Below, one piece after another: positions 57,156 through 64,000 of a DNA stretch of 64,000 nucleotides. The stretch spans positions 1 to 64,000 of the forward strand of contig CAVXEP010000001.1 in assembly GCA_963760795.1 (NCBI GenBank), in the 5' to 3' direction. The position numbers and the translations under genes are program-made. Source of the stretch: an uncultured delta proteobacterium. Its GTDB lineage: Bacteria; Desulfobacterota; Binatia; UBA9968. Position 1 is the first letter of the stretch; each line of letters begins with the position of its first letter. The notes beneath the pieces are model-generated. The model made no database searches and was not told the DNA's origin. It was given only the letters and a program-made list of their open reading frames with translations.

Positions 57156-57303
57156 CGGACTTCCCCCTGAGAAAAAGTTTAGGCAGATATATTAAAAAAT
57201 GACGCGTTGCGCTAGGGGCACCGATAACCTGGGTTTAGCGCTATCTCTTGCGGGGCTGCTTATGTTAGGAAGGAATCGCTAATCGAACCCAGGGAGGAAA
57301 TCC

Positions 57304-58260
57304 ATGGCCGGTAAATTTTTATGGGTTTTAAGCGTAATCCTGACGGGGTCGATCTTTGCGGGCACGCCGGTGCGAGCTGCGGATGCCCCGCAGAAAATTC
57401 GCTTTGCCTACGCCAGCCGGAGCAACATCGTCACGCCGAAGCATCTCGCCCAGTCGCGCGGGTTCTTTCGCGCCGAAGGGCTGGAAGTCGAGATGATCCA
57501 GATGAACCCTCGTCTGAGCGCGACGGCGATCATCAACGGCGACGTCACCTACGCCGATGCATTTACCAGCACGTTTCGCGGCATCATGCAGGGGTTTCCG
57601 ATCAAATTGGTTCTGGTGCACCAAAAGAAGGGGCCGTATTTCCTGATTGCCCGTCCGGAGCTCAAAGACATTCAACAGCTGAAGGGCAAAAGGCTCGGTG
57701 TCGCGACATTGCGCGGCTCGGATCACCTGGTGGCCGACGAGTTGATGCTGGCAAAAGGGTTCAATCCAGCGACCGTGCAGCCGATCGTGATCGGCGACGC
57801 GTCCATGCGCTATCAGGCGATGATCGGCGGTATCATCGATGTCGTGGCGGTGGCGACCCCCCAGGACTTGATGTTACGCCAGAAGGGTTTCACCGTCTTC
57901 GCCGGGCCGCCGGAAGTCGGCGTGCCGGGTTCAGGGGTGTTCACCTCGGAAAAGTTTCTCCGGGAAAATTCCGCGGCGGTGAAAAAAACCTTGCGCGCGC
58001 TGCTGCGGGCGCACCATTACATTCTCGACAACCGAAGCGAAACGATTCAAGCGATGATGCAGTGGCTGCCGCAATCGTTGGAGGTGGCCAGCCACTCCTA
58101 TGATATCGAGATGAAGGCGTTGACGCTGGACGGCTTGATGACCGACGGCGAGATCGACACGCTGGTCGCCAAGCTCGGCGAGAAAAAGCGGCCGATGGAC
58201 GAGGTTCGAGACTTTACGCTGCTTAGGCAAGCGCTGAAGGAATTGGAGAGTGGTAAATAG
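57304..58260 (+). CDS. ABC transporter substrate-binding protein, NMT1/SsuA-like
   Basis: GFFRAEGLEVE, LKGKRLGV, KKRPMDEVRDF; GGAGG RBS. Confidence 0.85.
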   Translation: MAGKFLWVLSVILTGSIFAGTPVRAADAPQKIRFAYASRSNIVTPKHLAQSRGFFRAEGLEVEMIQMNPRLSATAIINGDVTYADAFTSTFRGIMQGFPIKLVLVHQKKGPYFLIARPELKDIQQLKGKRLGVATLRGSDHLVADELMLAKGFNPATVQPIVIGDASMRYQAMIGGIIDVVAVATPQDLMLRQKGFTVFAGPPEVGVPGSGVFTSEKFLRENSAAVKKTLRALLRAHHYILDNRSETIQAMMQWLPQSLEVASHSYDIEMKALTLDGLMTDGEIDTLVAKLGEKKRPMDEVRDFTLLRQALKELESGK

Positions 58261-58311
58261 GCAAGAGACGGCGGGCACCGTCTTCTCGAGCGCAGCGAAG
58301 GATCGGCGACA

Positions 58312-59262
58312 ATGGGAAAAATCGCAGCGATTGGATTGACGATCGCCACGCTAGCTTCGGCGCCGGGCGAGGCTCACGCCGCTGAAGCTCCGCAAAAAGT
58401 TCGCTTTGTTCACGCCAGCCGAAGCAACTCGATGGCGCCCAAGCTGATCGCCCAGTCCAAAGGTTTCTTTAGAGCCGAAGGTCTCGAGACCGAGATGATT
58501 CAGATGAATCCGCGCTTGGCCGCTACCGCGCTCCTGAGCGGCGAAGCGGCGTTTTCGGACGCTTTTACCAGTGTCTTTCGCGGCATTCTGCAGGGTTTCC
58601 CAATCAAGACCGTCTTCGTGCACCAGAAAAAGGGGCCGTATTTTTTACTGGCGCGGCCGGAGTTCAAAGAGGTCCAGCAGTTGAAGGGCAAGAAGCTCGG
58701 TGTGGCGACGCTGCGTGGTTCGGATCACCTGGTGGCGGAGGAGTTACTACAATCGAAAGGCTTCAACCCAAGCTTGATTCAGGTTCTCGCCGTCGGCGAT
58801 GCGGCGACGCGCTTTCAATCCCTCAGCAGCGGCGCCGTCGATGTGATCGCGGTGGGCACGCCCCATGATCTGATGCTGCGGCAAAAAGGATTCTCCGTGC
58901 TCGCCGGGCCGCCGGAAGTCGGTTTGCCCGGCGCCTGTGTATTCACGCCGGAACGGTTTCTGCGTGAACATCCGCAGACGGTGCGAAAAACTTTGAAAGC
59001 GCTGTTGCGCGCCCATCAATACATTCTCGACAACCGCCAGGAGACCATTCAAGCGCTGCTGCAATGGCTGCCTCAGACTCCGGAAGTGGCGGCCCATTCC
59101 TACGATTTCGAACTGAAAACGATGACCAAAGACGGTTTGATGAGCGATGCCGAACTCGAGGCTGTGATGGTCAAGTTGGGCGATAAGAAGCGGCCCCTCG
59201 ACGAGGTGCGGGATTTCTCGCTGGCGCGCCAGGCGATGAAAGAATTGGAAGCGGGGAAATAG
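58312..59262 (+). CDS. ABC transporter substrate-binding protein, tandem paralog of 57304
   Basis: Long shared blocks (IQMNPRL, VHQKKGPYF, LGVATLRGSDHLVA, LLRAHxYILDNR). Confidence 0.85.
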   Translation: MGKIAAIGLTIATLASAPGEAHAAEAPQKVRFVHASRSNSMAPKLIAQSKGFFRAEGLETEMIQMNPRLAATALLSGEAAFSDAFTSVFRGILQGFPIKTVFVHQKKGPYFLLARPEFKEVQQLKGKKLGVATLRGSDHLVAEELLQSKGFNPSLIQVLAVGDAATRFQSLSSGAVDVIAVGTPHDLMLRQKGFSVLAGPPEVGLPGACVFTPERFLREHPQTVRKTLKALLRAHQYILDNRQETIQALLQWLPQTPEVAAHSYDFELKTMTKDGLMSDAELEAVMVKLGDKKRPLDEVRDFSLARQAMKELEAGK

Positions 59263-59280
59263 CCGCGCTACCGCGCGGTG

Positions 59281-59357
59281 GTTAGGGGTGAGGGGGTAAA
59301 GGGTAAGGGGTTCGGAGTCGGGGTGGACGCCTAACGCCTCACCCCTGACGCCTTACG
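59281..59357. repeat. Periodic palindromic element, 7-nt unit GGTRARG / CCTYACG
   Basis: gttaggg-gtgaggg-ggtaaag-ggtaagg ... acgccta-acgcctc-acccctg-acgcctt-acg; between convergent genes. Confidence 0.75.
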
Positions 59358-59366
59358 TTCTTTTGA

Positions 59367-59774
59367 CTATTGTCGCGCGCCGAAAGTGTTCTGCTGAATC
59401 ATCCAATCTTTTTGCGGCGACAGGTCGACGCGCTTGTTGTCGATGTTCTGGTCCTTGGCGGTGACGCGGAGTACTTCCAGCGTTTCGCTCGAGGCGCTTT
59501 CGAACCAGTACTTAAAGCCGCGCGGCACCAAGACGCCTTCGCCTTTTTGATACTCGCCGATGACCTTGTCGCCTTCGCCGTAGAAGCGTACCGCGCCGCT
59601 GACGACGTACCAGAAGGCATCTTCGCCGGTATGGGTATGCAGATTATTCTCGCCGCCGTCTTTGACAACCTGGACTTGCACCTTCATCAAGTCGCTATTG
59701 CAAACCTGCCAGGTTTTTTTTGGGCCCTCGAACTCGGGGGTTTTATGTCGAAATTCTTTTAAGTCCTGTGCCAT
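59367..59774 (-). CDS. Cupin domain protein
   Basis: GGENNLHTHTGED (HxH), WYVVSG, GVLVPRGFKYWF. Confidence 0.82.
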   Translation of the reverse strand: MAQDLKEFRHKTPEFEGPKKTWQVCNSDLMKVQVQVVKDGGENNLHTHTGEDAFWYVVSGAVRFYGEGDKVIGEYQKGEGVLVPRGFKYWFESASSETLEVLRVTAKDQNIDNKRVDLSPQKDWMIQQNTFGARQ

Positions 59775-59916
59775 GGGTCACCTCGTTTTGAAGATTTGCC
59801 TCCACCATAATCCCGATTGGGGACGGCGGTCAAGCCGGGCAGCGATTGAAAATAATCGCGAGCCGTTGACGGTGTATTGTCGGTATATTACTTATGCCGT
59901 CACTGAGGTGAATCCG

Positions 59917-60901
59917 ATGAGTCGATGCAAAGTTTCGCTGCTGGCGATTTATCTGTTCTGGCTGTGGCCGGCCTTAGCCGCGGCGCAGAATTTGCCGCTG
60001 CTTAACATGGGTTACAGCGGCGCCGGCATCGGCTCGGATCTATTGAAAGTCATCGAGCGCGCCGGCTTGTGGCGCAGACATGGCATCGAGGTGCGGACGA
60101 TCTACCTGTCGAGCGGTTCTTTGATGGCGCAGACGATGTCGTCGGGCGATATCGGCGTCGCCGGCTTCGATACTCCGGCGATGCTCAACCTGGCGGTGGC
60201 CGGTTCCAACCTCAAGGTGGTCGCCGTGCCGATCAATCGTATCGAGCCGATGTTCGTCGTGCGCAGCAATATTAAAGTGCCCAGGCGATTTGAAGGGCAA
60301 GCGCGTGACCATCAGCCGCTTCGGTTCGGGGTCCGACATCATGACTCGCGTCGCGCTGCGCCATTGGAAGCTCGATCCGGAGAAGGATGTGAGCTTTCTT
60401 CAGACCGGCAATACGCCAACGCGCATCGCCGCCCTGGTGGCCGGGCAGGTGGACGCGGCGTTGGTGAGTTCCACCGGCGTGGCGAAGATTGTCGCCACCG
60501 GCTGTTGCCGGGTGCTGGCCGATCTTGCCGAGCTGCCTCTCGAGTTCGCCAACTACGGGGTTATCGTCTCCGGCTCGCTGCTCAAGAATCAGCGCGATCC
60601 TATCAAGCGTTTCCTCATGGCGCTGATCGATGGCATTCATGTGTTCAAGACCAGGCCGGAGATCGCGCGCGGGGTATTACGCGAGAGTAACAGCGATGCC
60701 GAGGCGATCGGCCCGCTCTACGAACGGCTGAGCAAATCCTTTCGTGACTTTCCCGCCCCCGAGCCGCGCGGCATTCAGAATGTCCTCGATTCGTTGATGG
60801 TGCCCAAGGCAAAGGGCGCGCGCGCCGAGGATTTCATGGATACGACCCTGATGGACGAGATCCGCAAGAGCGGCTTTGTCGAGCGGCTGACGGGGAAGTG
60901 A
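59917..60901 (+). CDS. ABC transporter substrate-binding protein, NMT1/SsuA-like, +1 frameshift near 60282
   Basis: Signal peptide AAA, GLWRRHGIEV / DLKGKRVTISRFGS...EIRKSGFVE. Confidence 0.8.
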
Positions 60902-60916
60902 GACAGAGACAGAAGG

Positions 60917-62300
60917 ATGGGGAATCTGATTATTACTAATGCGCTCATCATCGCGATGACCGAGCGCGTCTCGTTCTACGGCTATGTGCGCGTGCGTGAC
61001 GGCGCGATTGCCGAGGTTGGTGCCGGCGCGCCACCGGAAACGGCCAAGAACGAGGAGATGCTCGACGGCTCGGGTTGCGTGCTCATGCCGGGACTGGTGA
61101 ACGCTCACACCCATCTCTATCAAGTCTTACTGCGGGCTTAATACCCATCTCTATCAAGTCTTGCTGCGCGCGGTGTGGGAAGACTTGGAGTTGATGCCAT
61201 GGCTGAAGCGCATCTACGGCTGCGCCCGGGTGCTGACTCCGGAGCATTTCTACGCGGGAAGTCTGCTCGGTTGTTTGGAATCGATCCGCGGCGGCGTGAC
61301 CACGGTGTGCGAGCATAATTTTCTCAATCCCAGTCCCGAGTGTGCGCTGGAAACAATCCGGGCGATGCAGGATGCCGGCTTACGTTCGGTGTTTGCCCGC
61401 ACGATTATGGATACCGGGGAGATCGTGCCGGAGTGTACCAAGGAGAAGCCGGAACAGGCGTTTCGTCTCATCGAAGCGCTGCTCGCACGGCATAAAAATT
61501 CTCAGCAGCTCACTTTCATGACCGGGCCGAACACGCCGCCGATCAATACGACGCCCGATCTGCTTCGTGAAGTGCGCCGATTTGCCGATGCCCATTCCCT
61601 CGGCATCAGCGCCCATGTCGCCGAGTCGAAGTCGGTGGTCGAAGCGGTGCGCCGGCAGCATGGCAAGAACGGCGTTGTCGAATTTTTGCATCAGTTCGGC
61701 ATCCCCGCCAAGAATTCGATCTTCGCCCACTCGGTGCATGTTTCGCAGGATGAAATTGTCATTCTCAAAGAAACCGGCTCGTCGGTGTCGCATAATCCGG
61801 TGAGCAACATGATGTTAGGCGATGGCGTAGCGCCGGTGGTGGAAATGTTGCGCCAAGGCGTCAACGTCGCGCTCGGCACCGACGGCGCGGCGAGCAACCA
61901 TTCGCAGGATCTGTTCGATACCATGAAGGCGGCGTCGCTGTTGCAGAAGGTCCAGCACCAAGATGCCGGCGTGATCAAACCGTACGATGTTCTCCGCATG
62001 GCGACCATCGGCGGCGCCAGGGCGTTAGGTTTAAATTCGCTCTGCGGCACCATCGAGGTCGGCAAGCGCGCGGATCTGATTCTCGTCGACATCGACACCG
62101 CGCATAACCAGCCGATCAACGATATCTTCAGCCAGATCGTCCACTGCGCCAAAGCCAGCGATGTTCGGACGGTGATGATCGACGGCGCGATCGTCATGCG
62201 CGACCGCGAGCTCGCGGGCCTCGATGATAAGAAGATATTGGCCGACGCCAAACTCGCCAACCGCGATTTGCTCGAGCGGGTGAGCGGCTTGGCGTTCTAA
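60917..62300 (+). pseudogene. Amidohydrolase (MTA/SAH-deaminase/AtzA-like) disrupted by an internal 34-nt duplication with a stop
   Basis: MPGLVNAHTH, then a repeat and TAA; downstream GGVTT, HVAE, HSVH, HNPVSNM, LGTDG, GKRADL. Confidence 0.75.
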
Positions 62301-62366
62301 CCTGTGCGACTGGATTGCGGCTATCCGCGTCGCAGTCATCGCTGGCCACGGAAGGACGGAGCGGAG

Positions 62367-62441
62367 AGATTTCTCGGTCGCTTCGTTTCTGCGAAATAAC
62401 AGGCGACCCGCGGCTGTCATTTCGACCCCTGGGAGAAATCT
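62367..62441. repeat. AGATTTCTC...TGTCATTTCG...GAGAAATCT REP doublet
   Basis: Same family as 6264 and 46374, in an inverted pair. Confidence 0.6.
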
Positions 62442-62478
62442 TTCTGCAATTGGTTCAAACGGTAAATCGCCAGCGCCG

Positions 62479-63345
62479 ATGATCTACTTGCTCCTCGCCA
62501 TCCTCGGCTCCGGCGTCATCCCGGTGATCTTTCGCGCTTTCGCAGGTTGGCGCGTCAATTTATTCTGGGCGATCCCGATCAATTATGTGACCTGTGTGGT
62601 GATCGGCAGTTTGTTGGCCGGGGCTGGCCTCGACCTTCGGAACCTAGTCGGCCAACCCTGGATCTGGCTCGCTGGAGTACAGGGCTTCTTGCTCGCGGTG
62701 AACTTCTTCCTGCTCGCCCACACGGCGCAGCGCGCCGGTGTCGCTATCGCCGCCCTGGCGAGCCGCTTGTCGGTGGCGATCCCGTCGGTGCTGGCGTTCA
62801 TCCTTTATGGCGATTCGCTGACACCGGTAAAGATTGCCGGATTGACGGCGGCGCTGGTGGCGCTTTTCCTCTGCACCGCGCCGGACAGAAATAGCGGCAA
62901 GCTCAGTTCCAAGCTGTTTCATCTATTACCGCTGCTCGTTTTTGCCACCTTCGGTTGCTACTTCACGATTCTAAAATACTTGCAGACCCACTATCTCGAT
63001 GGTTCGAATTATCATTCCTACGTGATGTCGGGATTTCTGTTCGCTTTGCTATCGAGCCTCGCCATCGGCTTCGCTAAAGGCGTCATAGTCGCAGCGGAAT
63101 TCCGCGCTCTTCATGTTGTCGCCGGACTTGGGCTCGGACTGGTCAATTACCTGGCGGTCTACTCGCTGCTGCGGGTGCTTGCGCTGAAGGGCTGGGAAAG
63201 CTCGCAGCTCTATCCGATCTACAGTGTCGGCGTCGTCGCGGTGAGCACTGTGCTGGCGTTTTTCTGTTTTCGCGAGCGCCTGTCGCGGCAGAAAATACTC
63301 GGGCTGGCGGTCGGGTTGGTGGCGGTGGCGCTGTTGAATCGGTGA
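62479..63345 (+). CDS. EamA/DMT family membrane transporter
   Basis: About 10 TM helices, AIPINY, RLSVAIP, YGDSL, YPIYSVGVV, FRERLS. Confidence 0.82.
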   Translation: MIYLLLAILGSGVIPVIFRAFAGWRVNLFWAIPINYVTCVVIGSLLAGAGLDLRNLVGQPWIWLAGVQGFLLAVNFFLLAHTAQRAGVAIAALASRLSVAIPSVLAFILYGDSLTPVKIAGLTAALVALFLCTAPDRNSGKLSSKLFHLLPLLVFATFGCYFTILKYLQTHYLDGSNYHSYVMSGFLFALLSSLAIGFAKGVIVAAEFRALHVVAGLGLGLVNYLAVYSLLRVLALKGWESSQLYPIYSVGVVAVSTVLAFFCFRERLSRQKILGLAVGLVAVALLNR

Positions 63346-63506
63346 GACCCAACAGCGCCACCAGTTGCAACGAGTCGAGATTGGAACTGCGCCTACCGTC
63401 TTGGGCGATAGGTCGCTTCAACACAGGCTCTATCAGCCGTTTAACTCATCGTTCGGCTGGAAGCCGCCGCACCTAACTTTCGAGGACCAGGCCGCGCCAG
63501 TACAAT

Positions 63507-64000
63507 TTATTTATCGCTCACGTCAATGAAATTTCCATCCGGGTCGGACAACTGGTGCCGCCGTAACGGCAGGCTTGGAGCAATCGCAACACGACATTGT
63601 GTTCACCGGTGGCATTGGGAGCCTTCGGCGCCATCCATCGGGTCCACGGTGGTCAAGATCTCAAAATCTTTTTAAACGTCTCGACACTTTCGACTTTGAA
63701 CCCGACATGGTCGAGTCCCGGACCCCGGTGTTCGGCATCGTGATAGTCTTCGATCTTCCACGGCGTCAGGACCAAAGTGACCTTGCCGTCGGTCAAATAA
63801 AATTGGGATCTTCCAGGGCTTCCTTTTTGAACTCGAATACGTCGACGTAAAAGCGCGCTAACGCGGGCGGATAGCGCGTATGGTCAGGTGCTTGACGTAG
63901 CGATTTTGCTCCCGTTCGGACTCGGCCCATACGCCTCGAACATTATTCAATCCCGGCTGGCTCAGGTCGAAGATGGCCCTCCGGATCATGAGAGCTGAAA
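63507..64000 (-). pseudogene. VOC/glyoxalase family gene with multiple small deletions (5' end outside window)
   Basis: Hand translation across frames: HDPEG/IFDLSQ...KHLTIRA/ALARFYVDVFEF/LTDGKVTLVLTPW...PGLDHVGFKVES/.../LSDPDGNFIDVSDK*. Confidence 0.7.

Noticed and set aside
13780-59357. Short repeat arrays as possible CRISPR arrays
   Set aside because: Units are 6-9 nt, tandem and inverted, with no 23-47-nt repeats separated by unique spacers and no cas genes.
63347-63457. Possible integron attC site (ACCCAAC ... GTTCGGC) after the EamA gene
   Set aside because: L-box spacing and complementarity do not fit, the right end is not GTTRRRY, and there is no integrase or second site. The left part is explained by a 13-bp hairpin (63324-63336/63350-63362) spanning the stop codon.

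Overview
A GC-rich bacterial chromosomal window, probably from a metagenome-assembled genome. The gene content resembles Candidatus Binatota-type 'Deltaproteobacteria', but that assignment is inference. About 60 genes are present. They include 19 ABC substrate-binding proteins (SBPs): 16 NMT1/SsuA-like, 2 ABC_sub_bind and 1 Fe/polyamine-type, with no permease or ABC ATPase anywhere in the window. Catabolic enzymes are interleaved with them: 5 amidohydrolases, a Rieske oxygenase, a dihydroxyphthalate-decarboxylase-like protein, an aldolase, an enolase-superfamily enzyme, CoA-handling enzymes, ThDP enzymes, MDR dehydrogenases and an LLM enzyme. The window also holds an envelope locus with two matching ECF-sigma promoters, a protease-MoxR-DUF58-VWA block flanked by a duplicated SBP 3' end, and ilvB with a Val-rich leader peptide attenuator. 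Intergenic DNA carries many REP-like and periodic (6-9 nt unit) palindromic elements, two of which encode parts of signal peptides. The most distinctive locus is at 33.55-34.01 kb: an IHF-like site and a sigma54-type promoter drive a 78-aa protein with a classical C2H2 zinc-finger signature, and its 3' region holds a hairpin with an anti-Shine-Dalgarno CCUCCUC loop. Ten apparent single-base insertions break 7 genes and are probably sequencing errors. No rRNA, tRNA, CRISPR array, integrase or transposase was recognised.
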